The notes below the pieces were generated by a model, which was given only the letters and a program-made list of their open reading frames with translations, was not told where the DNA came from and made no database searches. A program made the position numbers and the translations under genes. A stretch of 64,000 nt of DNA from an uncultured delta proteobacterium (GTDB lineage Bacteria > Myxococcota > Myxococcia > Myxococcales > Anaeromyxobacteraceae), in NCBI GenBank assembly GCA_963828255.1, contig CAWHDZ010000027.1, positions 32,001 to 96,000 of the forward strand, given 5' to 3'. Each line of letters begins with the position of its first letter. Position 1 is the stretch's first letter. Positions 1-9,574 of this stretch are shown here, piece by piece.

Positions 1-231
1 GGCGAGCGCCCCGGCCTCGGCTCCCCCGACGGCGTGGGCGCCTACCTGGTCCTCGGCCCCCGCCCCGGCCGGACCGACGCCGAGCGCAACTGCGTCTCCA
101 ACGTGCGGCCCGGCGGGCTGCCCGTGGCCGCGGCCGCCGAGCTGCTCGCCTGGCTGGTCGGGGAGTCGCTGAGGCGCGGCCTCTCCGGGGTGGGGCTCAA
201 GGACGAGCGGGGGCTTCTCGGCAGCGGGTAG
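1..231 (+). CDS. eutC: Ethanolamine ammonia-lyase light chain, 3' part (truncated by window edge)
   Basis: Frame 1 reads [16 protein letters not shown]...[18 protein letters not shown]...SGVGLKD, the conserved EutC C-terminal motifs. Confidence 0.9.
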   Translation, partial: GERPGLGSPDGVGAYLVLGPRPGRTDAERNCVSNVRPGGLPVAAAAELLAWLVGESLRRGLSGVGLKDERGLLGSG

Positions 232-249
232 GCACGCGGCCTCCCTTCA

Positions 250-828
250 CTACCAGTTTCGGACGGGACCGGTGTCCACGTGGACGAAGTCCGGTCCGGC
301 GTAGTAGCCCACGCCGCCGCGCCCGAGCTCGAGCGCCGCGTCCCGGAGCACGGACGACCGGACGTCGGCCAGCCGCACGTCGATGGCCCGTCCCTGCATG
401 TGGAGGCTCCGGCTCGCCTGGCCCCCGCCTCCGGCGCGAAGGGCCGCATTGGTCTGCGGCGAACGGTATCCGCTGATGACCTGGAAGGGAGCGGACGAGC
501 CGGTAACCAGGCGGAGGTCGTGCAACTGGTCGAGGAGCGCCGGGTCGATGACGTGGCGCTCGCCGGTGCGGAAGTCGCGGAGGAAGGAGTCGACCCGCGA
601 CAGGTTGCCGGGCAGGTAGGTCCCGTCTCCCCAGTAGGGCAAGGTGAGGTGCTCGCCCGTGTGGGTGTGGAAGAAGGACACCACCCGCTCCCCGTGGAGG
701 ACCGGCGAGGCGAGGACCCGACCCGGCGCGATCGCCGCCGCCCCGGCCAGGGCGGCGCAGGCCTTGATGAATTCGCGCCGGGAGACGCCGGGCCGGTTCC
801 GCCCGTTCTGGGGCTCTTTCCAGGACAT
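250..828 (-). CDS. YcbK/DUF882 (MepK-like) M15 peptidase with Tat signal
   Basis: SRREFIK twin-arginine signal; ISGYRSP, SLHMQGRAID and FVHVDTGPVRNW motifs; start taken at MSWKE. Confidence 0.9.
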   Translation of the reverse strand: MSWKEPQNGRNRPGVSRREFIKACAALAGAAAIAPGRVLASPVLHGERVVSFFHTHTGEHLTLPYWGDGTYLPGNLSRVDSFLRDFRTGERHVIDPALLDQLHDLRLVTGSSAPFQVISGYRSPQTNAALRAGGGGQASRSLHMQGRAIDVRLADVRSSVLRDAALELGRGGVGYYAGPDFVHVDTGPVRNW

Positions 829-895
829 GAGGGGTGTATCAATCTCGTAACCGAGGTGGCCTTCTCGCGCAACCTCGGAGGGGGGGAGCGGCAGG

Positions 896-2563
896 ATGCG
901 TGGGGGAACCGGGTGGCTGGCCGCCTGCCTGCTGGCGGCGACGATCTCACCATGGGTGACGGACGCTGCCGACGCCGACCCGCGCACGGCCATCGCCGGG
1001 GTCGTCGGCGCCTCGCGCCACCCGTGGCTCCGGCGGACCGACCTCCGCGACGTCGCGGAGGACCTTCGCGCCCTCTACCCGGCGGGGTCCACCGAGCCGA
1101 TCTGGTTCGAGGACGGGCGGCCGGTCCCGGCCCTGGAGGCCACGGTGGAGGTGATCGGCCAGGGTGCCGCCCTCGGACTCGACCCGGCCGACTTCGACGC
1201 AGGCCGGCTCGCCGAGGCCGCGCGGGCGGCGGCGGGCGGCGGGGCTCCCTCCGGCCGGGAGCGCGCGCTCCTCGATGTTGCACTTTCGGTGCAGTGGATG
1301 CGGTTCCTGTCCGCGGCGCACCGCGGGCGCGTCGAGGCGCCCCACGCCGGCCGCGGCTCCGACCTTCCGGCCCGCCCGATGGACCTCCCCCGCCTGGTGC
1401 GCGAGACCCGCGCCGGGGGCGACCCGGCCGCCGTGGTGGCCTCCGTCGAGCCGCGCCACCCGGGCTACGCCCGGCTGAAGGGCTCGCTGGCCCGGCAGCG
1501 GGCCCTCGCGGCGAAGCCGATGTCGCCCGTCCCGCTGCCCCTCGCCAAGGTCGAGCCGGGAGCCTCCTGGGCCGGCATCCCGGCCGTGCGCGCCCGGCTG
1601 GCCGACCTGGGTGACCTTCCCCCACAGGCTTCACCACCGGTGGACCCCGACCTTCACGACCCCGCCCTGGTGGCCGCGGTCCGGCGCTTCCAGGACCGGC
1701 ACGCCCTCGCCGCCGACGGCGTGATCGGCAGGAGGACGGTCGCCGCCCTGGACGTCCCGCCGGCCCGTCGGGCGCGCCAGGTGGAGCTCTCGCTGGAACG
1801 CTGGCGCTGGCTCCCCGACCCGGGTCGCCGGGTCGTGGTGGTGGAGCTCCCCCGGGCCGAGCTGTGGGCCATCGACGTGGAGCGGGGCACCACCGACCTC
1901 CACATGCGCACGGTGGTGGGCGCGTCGCGGAGCCACGCCACGCCCATGCTGGCGGCCTCCATCTCCGCGGTGGTCTTCCGCCCGTACTGGGTGCCGCCGC
2001 CCGGGATCCTCAGGAACGAGATCCTGCCCAGGGCCCGGGCCCGTCCCGGGTGGCTGGCCGCCCACGGGATGGAGATCGTGTCCGGGCCCGGGGAGGACGC
2101 CGAGACCTTCGCGCCCACCGAGGAGGTGCTCTCCCGGGTCGCGAGGCGGGAGCTCATCCTCCGCCAGCGCCCCGGCCCGAGGAACGACCTGGGCGCGGTG
2201 AAGTTCGTCATGCCCGACGCGCAGTGCATCGCGCTGCACGGGACGCCCTACGGACGCCTCTTCGAGCTGCCGCAGCGGGACCGCAGCCACGGCTGCATCC
2301 GGCTGGAGGACCCGAACGCGCTCGCCCGATGGGTCCTCGTCGGCGAGCCGGGCTGGGACGAGCCCCGGATCGCCGAGGCGACCGCCCGGGAGCGGTCGAC
2401 CTCGGTGAGGCTGCGCGAGCCGGTGCCGGTGGTGTTCGTCTACGGCACGGCCACCGTGGATCCCGACGGGACCGAGCACTTCGTCGAGGACGTCTACCGT
2501 CTCGACGCCCAGCTGGAGGCGCACCTGGCGCGCCAGGCCCCGCCCGCCGGCGCGGGTGGCTAG
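896..2563 (+). CDS. Murein L,D-transpeptidase (YcbB/LdtD-like) with peptidoglycan-binding domain
   Basis: Signal peptide; AVRRFQDRHALAADGVIG PG-binding motif; IALHGTP...SHGCIRL catalytic motif. Confidence 0.9.
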   Translation: MRGGTGWLAACLLAATISPWVTDAADADPRTAIAGVVGASRHPWLRRTDLRDVAEDLRALYPAGSTEPIWFEDGRPVPALEATVEVIGQGAALGLDPADFDAGRLAEAARAAAGGGAPSGRERALLDVALSVQWMRFLSAAHRGRVEAPHAGRGSDLPARPMDLPRLVRETRAGGDPAAVVASVEPRHPGYARLKGSLARQRALAAKPMSPVPLPLAKVEPGASWAGIPAVRARLADLGDLPPQASPPVDPDLHDPALVAAVRRFQDRHALAADGVIGRRTVAALDVPPARRARQVELSLERWRWLPDPGRRVVVVELPRAELWAIDVERGTTDLHMRTVVGASRSHATPMLAASISAVVFRPYWVPPPGILRNEILPRARARPGWLAAHGMEIVSGPGEDAETFAPTEEVLSRVARRELILRQRPGPRNDLGAVKFVMPDAQCIALHGTPYGRLFELPQRDRSHGCIRLEDPNALARWVLVGEPGWDEPRIAEATARERSTSVRLREPVPVVFVYGTATVDPDGTEHFVEDVYRLDAQLEAHLARQAPPAGAGG

Positions 2564-3744
2564 CCATCGACGACGATCAGGTCGTCGGGAAGGCCGGTGA
2601 TGCGCTCCCCGCCCCGCTCTCCCACGGCCCAGGTGTTCTCGATCCCCACCGCACCTCGCCCGGGGAAGACGAACTTGGGCTCGATGGCGACGGTCTGGCC
2701 GAGGAGCATGGGGGCGTCGAATCCTGGGGCGAGCACCGGGAACTCGTCGAGCTCGAGCCCGATCCCGTGGCCGACGAAGCGCGCCTGCGCCCCGGGCGGC
2801 CCCATGAAGCGGTCGCCCAGCCCGGCCCGGTCGGCCCTCCGGCGGGCGGTCTCGAAGAGCTGGCTGGGAACGGCGCCGGGGACCAGCGCAGGGCCGAGCT
2901 CGTCCTGGATGTCGCGGGCGACCCGGAAGGCCCGCTCGATCTCCGGGGCCAGCCTGCCGCACACCGCGATGCGGCTCATGTCGGTGACGTACCCGCCCTT
3001 GATGGCCGTGTAGTCGAGCAGCACCGGCACGTGCGGTCCGATGACGTCGAGCGAGGCGCCCACGGGCGAGGAGGGCGAGAGGCCACGGCCGGTGACCGGC
3101 CCGTCGAAGTAGCTCGCCGCGGCCGCGGCCCCGCCCGCGATGGCGAGCCCCATGAAGAACTCCTGGTTGAACCCCCGGACCCTCGGGCTCCCCTCGTTCC
3201 CGGCCCGGCGCATGCGCACCTCGATCTCGGCGGCAAGGTCCACCTCGCGCATCCCAGGGCGCAGGAAGGAGGGCACCTCCCGGAAGACCCCGGAGAGGAG
3301 GCGGGCCGTCTCGCGCATCCGCTCGAGCTCCCAGGGAGACTTCACGCTCCGTGACTGACGCACCAGCCCCGCGACGTCGGTCCACTCCACGCCGGGCAGC
3401 GCGCGCGACCAGAACTGCTGGACCGCCACCGGCACGGTGTCGAGGGTGAGGCCGAGGCGGCGCGCAGGCCCGAGGAGGCCGCCCAGGTCCCTCGAGGCGG
3501 GGAACGGGACCACCCGGGAGAGCGGACTCTCGGCGCGCGCCCGCTCGAGGCTCTTGCGTACCAGGAGCAGCGGTTCCCCCTCGACCGGAACCCAGAGCGC
3601 GGCGTTCTGGCGGGTTCCGGAGACCCAGAGGACGTCCACGGCCTGGAGGAGCAGCGCCCCGTCGAGTTCCTGCCCGGCGAGGCCCGCCCGGAGGATGGCG
3701 AGGCGGCGTGCGGTCTCCGACGGGGGGGTGAGGAGCGATTCCAC
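2560..3744 (-). CDS. Xaa-Pro peptidase family protein (M24)
   Basis: LLDY..GYVTDMSR, GHGIGLELDE, AIEPK and GIENT metal-ligand motifs; GTG start inferred. Confidence 0.88.
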   Translation of the reverse strand: MESLLTPPSETARRLAILRAGLAGQELDGALLLQAVDVLWVSGTRQNAALWVPVEGEPLLLVRKSLERARAESPLSRVVPFPASRDLGGLLGPARRLGLTLDTVPVAVQQFWSRALPGVEWTDVAGLVRQSRSVKSPWELERMRETARLLSGVFREVPSFLRPGMREVDLAAEIEVRMRRAGNEGSPRVRGFNQEFFMGLAIAGGAAAAASYFDGPVTGRGLSPSSPVGASLDVIGPHVPVLLDYTAIKGGYVTDMSRIAVCGRLAPEIERAFRVARDIQDELGPALVPGAVPSQLFETARRRADRAGLGDRFMGPPGAQARFVGHGIGLELDEFPVLAPGFDAPMLLGQTVAIEPKFVFPGRGAVGIENTWAVGERGGERITGLPDDLIVVDG

Positions 3745-3787
3745 GCCCTTCAGCCTACCCGGGCCGACCCCCACGCTCCAATCGGGT

Positions 3788-4957
3788 TCAGCGCCTGGCC
3801 CGCACGGTCCAGGCCGCGGCCGCCGATCCCAGGCCGAGCAGGATGCTGCCCCCGAAGTAGCCGGGGTACCCGGCGCGCGCCACCAGCGCACCGCCCACCG
3901 CGGGCCCCAGGAACGACCCGAGTTGCACGGCGAACATCATGAGATTCGCGTTCAGGGGCCGGAAGCGCGGCTCGGAGAGCTCGAAGACGAGCCCGTTCAG
4001 CGCCGGGTAGCCGGCCCCGAGTCCGAGCCCGAAGAACGCGCCGAGGAGCGGCGCCGCCCCGATGGGCAGGATCGCCAGCGCCAGATGGCCCAGCGCGATC
4101 ATCCCGAAGGAGAAGGCGGCCAGCCGCGCCTTGTCGAAGCGGTCGAAGAGCCGGCCGCCGGCGAGCCGGATCCCGATCATCACCGCGGTGAGCACCGAGA
4201 AGAAGACTCCCACGTTCCCGAGGCCCCGCTCGGTCGCGAACCCCTTGAACAGGTAGTAGAGGCTGCTCCAGTTCGCGAAGTAGGCGACGCCGAGCGCGAG
4301 AACCTGCCGGAGGCGGGTGCTCCCCAGGGTCTCCCGGATGTCCGCGAAGGAGGGAAGGTGCGGCTCCCCGTCCGCGCCCGGCGGGGGCGGACGGATGCGC
4401 CGGCGGAGCGCGAAGACCAGCCCCACCGCCGGCAGGAGGGCCAGGCCGGCCAGCGCGTAGGCCTGCGTCACGCCCGTGAAGCGCGGGACCGATGCGTCCA
4501 TCGCGGCCGGGACCACGCCGTAGGCGGCCAGGATCGCCACCGAATAGATGCCGAAGGCCTCGCCGCTCCGGTCCGGAGGGATCACCGTGACGAGCAGCGC
4601 CATGGCCCCGGAGCCGAGGAGGAACCCTCCCGCTCCGCAGGCGGCCCGCAGGAGGAAGAGCCCCCAGAACGACCGGACGACGAGGAAGGAGACTCCTCCC
4701 ACGACCAGGATGGCGATGCCGGCCAGCATGGCCCCGGGCGCCCGGCGGGCGTCGAGGAACGGGCTCGCCAGGAGGTAGAGGAGCATGGCGACGAGCGGGT
4801 AGGCGCCGACGACGAGGCCGCGCAGCTCCGCCGGCACGCCCAGCGACGCCAGGTGGCCGAAGAGGTCGTAGTAGGCCGTCCCGTTCGCGATGGCCAGGAA
4901 GGCGATCAGGCAGAGGCTCGTGAACTCGAATCCGAGCAGCTTGCGGGGGGAGGCCAT
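3788..4957 (-). CDS. MFS transporter
   Basis: 389 aa with about 12 hydrophobic segments; GGRLFDRFDK motif A-like loop. Confidence 0.85.
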   Translation of the reverse strand: MASPRKLLGFEFTSLCLIAFLAIANGTAYYDLFGHLASLGVPAELRGLVVGAYPLVAMLLYLLASPFLDARRAPGAMLAGIAILVVGGVSFLVVRSFWGLFLLRAACGAGGFLLGSGAMALLVTVIPPDRSGEAFGIYSVAILAAYGVVPAAMDASVPRFTGVTQAYALAGLALLPAVGLVFALRRRIRPPPPGADGEPHLPSFADIRETLGSTRLRQVLALGVAYFANWSSLYYLFKGFATERGLGNVGVFFSVLTAVMIGIRLAGGRLFDRFDKARLAAFSFGMIALGHLALAILPIGAAPLLGAFFGLGLGAGYPALNGLVFELSEPRFRPLNANLMMFAVQLGSFLGPAVGGALVARAGYPGYFGGSILLGLGSAAAAWTVRARR

Positions 4958-4998
4958 GGCGCCTCCCCATGTTAGGCATGTACCGGAGGATTTCCCCG

Positions 4999-6444
4999 AT
5001 GCATCGCCTCGACAGATCGATTCTCGCCCGCCATGCCGCCCTGGCCCTGGCGCTGCTCTCCCTGGCCGGTCCCTCCCGTGCCCAGACCGGGAAGGGAGCC
5101 GCCGCCTCGCCGATCCTCAGCGAGCTCAACGCAGCGGTGACCCAGCTGGTGGCCCGGATCTCGCCCGCGGTGGTGCAGATCCGGGTGACCGGCTACGGCC
5201 CTGCCGGCGACGCCGGCGGCGAGGGTCCGGTGGTCTCGCGGCAGCGCACCATCGCCTCGGGCGTCATCGTGGACCCGTCCGGATACGTGCTCACGAACGA
5301 GCACGTCATCCACGGCGCCCAGCGCATCCAGGTGGTCCTGCCGGCGCCCCCGGACGGCGAGAAGCCCGCGGCCAAGGGAGGGCGCCAGCGGATCTACGAG
5401 GCGCGCGTGGTGGGGACGCAGGCCAGCATCGACCTGGCCCTGCTCCGCATCGACGCGACCGGGCTGCCCACCCTGCCGATCGACGCCTCCGCCAAGGTCC
5501 GGCAGGGCGAGATGGTCTTCGCCATCGGCAGCCCGCAGGGGCTCGCCAGCACCGTCACCATGGGTGTCGTCTCCTCCTCGGCGCGCCAGCTCGACGTGGT
5601 GGCGCCGCTGCCCACCCCGATGCTCCTCATCCAGACCGACGCGCCCATCAACCCGGGCAACAGCGGCGGGCCTCTGGTGAACGCCGACGGAGTGCTGGTG
5701 GGGATCAACACCTTCATCGTCAGCCAGTCGGGAGGCAGCCAGGGGCTGGGGTTCGCCATCCCCGCTCCCATGGTCCGGTTCGCCTACGACAACCTCCGGA
5801 AGTACGGCCACGTGCGCCGGATCGAGGCCGGGATCACCGCCCAGGCGGTGTCGCCCACGCTGGCCGCCGGCCTGGGCCTCGCGCGCGACTGGGGCGTGGT
5901 GGTCGCCGACGTCTCCCCCGGCTCTGCTGCGGCGGCGGCCGGCGTCCGCCCCGGCGACGTCATCGACACCTTCGACGGACTGCAGGTGGACAGCCTTCCG
6001 GCGCTCACCGGGGCCCTCTTCCTCCACCGGGTCGGGGAGCCGGTGACCCTGGGACTGATCCGCGGGGACCAGCCACTTTCGCTAATAGTGAACGCCCCGG
6101 AGGCCAAGCAGCCCACCGACCTGCTCGCCGACCTGGCCAACCCCGACCGGGGGCTCGTCTCCCGCCTGGGGATCCTGGGCGTGGACGTGAGCGAGAAGCT
6201 CCGCGGCATCATCCCGCCGCTGCGCATCGGCTACGGTGTGGTGGTGGCGGCCCGGACCGCGGAGGGAGGCTCGAGGGGGAGCGGGCTCCAGCCCGGCGAC
6301 GTCATCCACGCCATGAACGGGAACCCGGTCGAGTCGGTGGAGGGGCTGCGCCAGGCGGTGCTGGCCGTGAAGGCCGGCGACCCGGTGGTCCTGCAGGTGG
6401 AGCGCCAGGGGCGTCTCACCTACCTGGCCTTCGAGATGGAGTGA
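4999..6444 (+). CDS. HtrA/DegP-like trypsin protease with two PDZ domains
   Basis: TNEHV, DLALL and QTDAPINPGNSGGPL catalytic triad motifs; two GDVI PDZ repeats; signal peptide. Confidence 0.92.
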   Translation: MHRLDRSILARHAALALALLSLAGPSRAQTGKGAAASPILSELNAAVTQLVARISPAVVQIRVTGYGPAGDAGGEGPVVSRQRTIASGVIVDPSGYVLTNEHVIHGAQRIQVVLPAPPDGEKPAAKGGRQRIYEARVVGTQASIDLALLRIDATGLPTLPIDASAKVRQGEMVFAIGSPQGLASTVTMGVVSSSARQLDVVAPLPTPMLLIQTDAPINPGNSGGPLVNADGVLVGINTFIVSQSGGSQGLGFAIPAPMVRFAYDNLRKYGHVRRIEAGITAQAVSPTLAAGLGLARDWGVVVADVSPGSAAAAAGVRPGDVIDTFDGLQVDSLPALTGALFLHRVGEPVTLGLIRGDQPLSLIVNAPEAKQPTDLLADLANPDRGLVSRLGILGVDVSEKLRGIIPPLRIGYGVVVAARTAEGGSRGSGLQPGDVIHAMNGNPVESVEGLRQAVLAVKAGDPVVLQVERQGRLTYLAFEME

Positions 6445-7325
6445 CCACCGGCCAGCAGCTCGCTTCCCACCCAGTGGGCCGCGAACTGCCAGGCGATCCG
6501 GCCGCTCGCGTCCCCCTTCTTGTGGGTCCAGGCGACGGCGGCGGCGCGGGCGCGCTCGTCCCAGGGCAGCGAGGTGCCGCGGGCCACGCACAGCCGATCG
6601 ATCCACTGCCGCACCACCGCCAGGTACTGCTCGGTGCTGAAGGAGTGGAACCCCACCCAGAGCCCGAACCGGCCGGAGAGCGAGATCTTCTCCTCGATGG
6701 CCTCGCCGTGGTGGATCTCGTCGTTCACGAGGAGCGCGCCGCGGTTGTCGGTCTCGAACTCGGGCAGGAGGTGGCGCCGGTTGGAGGTCACGTGGATGAG
6801 CACGTTCTCGGGCACGGCGTAGACCGACCCGTCGAGGGTGCTCTTCAGCGCCTTGTAGCTGGACTCGCCGGGCTCGAAGGAGACGTCGTCGGCGAACAGG
6901 ATGAAGCGGTAGGGCTGGTCGCGCAGGCCGTCCACGATGTCGTGCAGCATCACCAGGTCGTCCTTGTCCACCTGCACGAGGCGCAGGCCGTCCCGCGCGT
7001 ACGCGGCGAGAAGCGCCCGGACCAGCGACGACTTTCCGGTTCCGCGCACCCCCCAGAGCAGCACGTTGTTGGCGGGCAGGCCGGCCAGGAACTGCCGAAC
7101 GTTCAGCTCCACCACCGCCTTCTGTTCGTCGATGCCCAGGAGGTCCTCGAGGCCGGGCCCACCCTGGGAACGGAGCGGCTCGAGCCAGCCGGCCAGCGGA
7201 CGCCGCCGCCAGGCCGCGGCGTGGTGGACGGTCCAGTCGGTGTCCGGCACGGGGCGGGGCAGGATCTGCTCGACTGCGGTCAGGACACGGCGAATCTGCT
7301 CGATCAGGTCCGAATCAAGGGGCAC
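6420..7325 (-). CDS. DUF815-family AAA+ ATPase
   Basis: PANNVLLWGVRGTGKSSL Walker A; TSNRRHLLPE and EEKISLSGRFGL motifs. Confidence 0.9.
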   Translation of the reverse strand: MPLDSDLIEQIRRVLTAVEQILPRPVPDTDWTVHHAAAWRRRPLAGWLEPLRSQGGPGLEDLLGIDEQKAVVELNVRQFLAGLPANNVLLWGVRGTGKSSLVRALLAAYARDGLRLVQVDKDDLVMLHDIVDGLRDQPYRFILFADDVSFEPGESSYKALKSTLDGSVYAVPENVLIHVTSNRRHLLPEFETDNRGALLVNDEIHHGEAIEEKISLSGRFGLWVGFHSFSTEQYLAVVRQWIDRLCVARGTSLPWDERARAAAVAWTHKKGDASGRIAWQFAAHWVGSELLAGGHSISKAR

Positions 7326-7373
7326 GAATCCTCCGGGGGATCCCTTTCATAGCAGAAGGCGTATGCTCCGCCG

Positions 7374-7565
7374 ATGCGCGACGAGCCGGTCATCGACATG
7401 CGTCTCACCCATCTGATGGCGCTCGACGCCAGCCTCTCCGACGTCCGGGGCGCCCTCATGCGCGCCGCCCGCATCCGGACCGCACACTGCGCCGAGATCC
7501 GCGCCCTCCTCGCCCAGGTGGACGACCTGGGGCGGCGGGTCATGGTGGAGGTCAGCACCCCGTGA
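7374..7565 (+). CDS. Small hypothetical helical protein (63 aa)
   Basis: GC3-rich codons; GTGA overlap with next ORF. Confidence 0.55.
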   Translation: MRDEPVIDMRLTHLMALDASLSDVRGALMRAARIRTAHCAEIRALLAQVDDLGRRVMVEVSTP

Positions 7566-7759
7566 CCCAGAACCCCGTGACGACGTTCCGGGTGGGAAGG
7601 CACGAGCTCCGGATCTGGATGCAGGACGGGCGCTGGTACGTGGCCGTCGATGGGGTCCAGCTCCCCATCTGGCACAAGGTGCAGGCCGATGCCTGGACGG
7701 CCGGCGTCACCGAGGCCGACCGGCTCGACCGGGGCGCGCCGCAGCAGCCCTCGGCCTAG
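7562..7759 (+). CDS. Small hypothetical protein (65 aa)
   Basis: GGAGG RBS upstream; translational coupling; protein-like composition (GRWYVAVDG). Confidence 0.65.
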   Translation: MTQNPVTTFRVGRHELRIWMQDGRWYVAVDGVQLPIWHKVQADAWTAGVTEADRLDRGAPQQPSA

Positions 7760-7814
7760 AGCGCACCAGCGGGGGGATGTCACATCCGTTGCCCCCGGTC
7801 GTCTTTCTCCATGA

Positions 7815-8498
7815 GTGCCCGCAACTCTCCTCGCTCCGTTCGACCTCGTCGCAGGGCATGTCGTTGCTGCCATCGACGGCCGCCGCGTCCTCCTCGACAC
7901 GGGCTCCCCTGCCACCTTCGGGCGCGGGGACAGGCTCAGCCTTCCCAGCGGCGTCCACCCCATCTCGTCCGGCCTCCTGGGCTTCACCGTGGAGACCGCC
8001 GCGGAGCACATCCGGAAGCTCCCGGGAGTCTCCCCGGACTTCGACGTGGACGTCCTCCTCGGAACCGACCTGCTCTGGGGCAACGAGGTCCTCCTCGACT
8101 TCCCCTCCCGGAAGGTGCGCATCACCCCGGCGTCACCGCGGGAGGGCACGGCGTGCTGCTCCACGCGGACCCGCTTCCTGATCGAGGACCTCGTGGTCGG
8201 GGGCTTCCGCGCCCCGGCCCTCCTCGACACGGGTGCTCCGGTCTCCTACCTGGCCACCCACCACACCGCGGGCGTCCCGGTGTCCGGTTGGGCGCGCGAC
8301 TTCTTCCACGGGGGGGGGGACTACCAGGTTCCCCTGCGGGTCGTGCCGGCGCTCTTCCGGAGGCGCGGGGTCGCGGTGGGCTTCGCCGAGCCCCCTGTGT
8401 CGGTCTGGATGGCCATGCGGCTCCTCGGGGTGCAGGCCATCGTGGGCACCGACCTGCTCGAGCAGGTCGGCGTGGTCTCCCTCGAGCTCGTCGACTGA
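7815..8498 (+). CDS. Tandem retropepsin-like aspartyl protease
   Basis: Two catalytic-type motifs (VLLDTGS, ALLDTGA), each followed later by a hydrophobic-G-T-D motif (LLGTDLL, IVGTDLL). Confidence 0.75.
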   Translation: MPATLLAPFDLVAGHVVAAIDGRRVLLDTGSPATFGRGDRLSLPSGVHPISSGLLGFTVETAAEHIRKLPGVSPDFDVDVLLGTDLLWGNEVLLDFPSRKVRITPASPREGTACCSTRTRFLIEDLVVGGFRAPALLDTGAPVSYLATHHTAGVPVSGWARDFFHGGGDYQVPLRVVPALFRRRGVAVGFAEPPVSVWMAMRLLGVQAIVGTDLLEQVGVVSLELVD

Positions 8499-8551
8499 AC
8501 CGGACCGCCGGACTCGCCGGCCCCAGTTCCCTGGGCTACACTTCCCGTCTC

Positions 8552-9574
8552 TTGGCCTCGGCGCGGCGGAAATCGGCGGCGGAAGTGCGGCTCCTCGGGC
8601 TGGCGACCTGGCTCGTGGCGCGCGACGCGCCGGTGACCCGCGAGGAGATCTACGAGGCCTTCCCCGGCGAGTACGTGGGCAGCCCCGCCGCGCGAGAGAA
8701 GAAGTGGACCCGCGACAAGAACGACCTCCACCGCCTCGGGATCCCGCTCATCTTCGAGGAGAACCAGGGCAAGGAGGGCGCCTACCTCCTCGACACGAGC
8801 TCCTGCACGCTTCCGAAGCTGGAATTCACCCCGGACGAGGCGGCGGTGCTCTGGACCGCGGGGCAGGCGGCGCTGCGCACCGACGACCACCCGCTCGCCG
8901 CGGATCTGGAGACGGCGCTCCGCAAGCTCGCCGTGGGCGCGAAGGGGCTGCCGCCGCGGGCCGCGCTCCTCGAGGCCGACTGGGGGGCGACCCCGCCCGC
9001 CGAGCCCGGCAAGTGGCTCGCCCTTCTCGCCGACGTGGTGGAGCGGCGAAAGCGGATCTCCCTCGCCTACCGCAAGACCGACGGGTCGATCACCGAGCGG
9101 CTCGTGGACGTCCTCGGGTACGCCTGGCGCCGCGGCCACTGGATCTTCGTGGGGCACTGCCACCTGCGCGGCGGCCTCCGGATGTTCTACCTCGATCGGG
9201 TCCGATCCATGACGATCACCCCGGCCACGCCCCGGGGCCCCGACTTCGCCGTCCCTGCAGACTTCGACATCCGCGCCTGGTCGCGCCAGGAGACCTGGGA
9301 GTACTTCGACCACGCGCCGCGCGCCGCGCTGGTGCGCTTCAGCGGCTCGCTCTCCCCGCTGGCTCCGAAGCTGCTCCCCCGCGCCACGCTCACCCGCGCG
9401 CCCGACGGCTCGCGCCTCGCCCGGCTCGAGGTCCGCAACTTGCGCGGACTGGTGCGCCAGGCGCTGGCCTGGGGCCCGGAGGCCGAGCTGCTCGAGCCGG
9501 TCGAGGGGCGCGAGATGGCGCGCTCCATCCTGGCTTCCCTCTCGGAGCGGCTGGGGAAGGATCCCGCCCCGTGA
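8552..9574 (+). CDS. WYL-domain transcriptional regulator, PafB-like
   Basis: N-terminal HTH (REKKWTRDKNDLHRLGIPL), FTPDEAAVL, WIFVGHCHLRGGLRMFYLDRV WYL core, C-terminal WCX-like region; TTG start inferred. Confidence 0.85.
   Translation: MASARRKSAAEVRLLGLATWLVARDAPVTREEIYEAFPGEYVGSPAAREKKWTRDKNDLHRLGIPLIFEENQGKEGAYLLDTSSCTLPKLEFTPDEAAVLWTAGQAALRTDDHPLAADLETALRKLAVGAKGLPPRAALLEADWGATPPAEPGKWLALLADVVERRKRISLAYRKTDGSITERLVDVLGYAWRRGHWIFVGHCHLRGGLRMFYLDRVRSMTITPATPRGPDFAVPADFDIRAWSRQETWEYFDHAPRAALVRFSGSLSPLAPKLLPRATLTRAPDGSRLARLEVRNLRGLVRQALAWGPEAELLEPVEGREMARSILASLSERLGKDPAP

Noticed and set aside
4971..4977. GTTAGGC integron attC core
   Set aside because: Isolated 7-mer with no inverse core, cassette array or integrase
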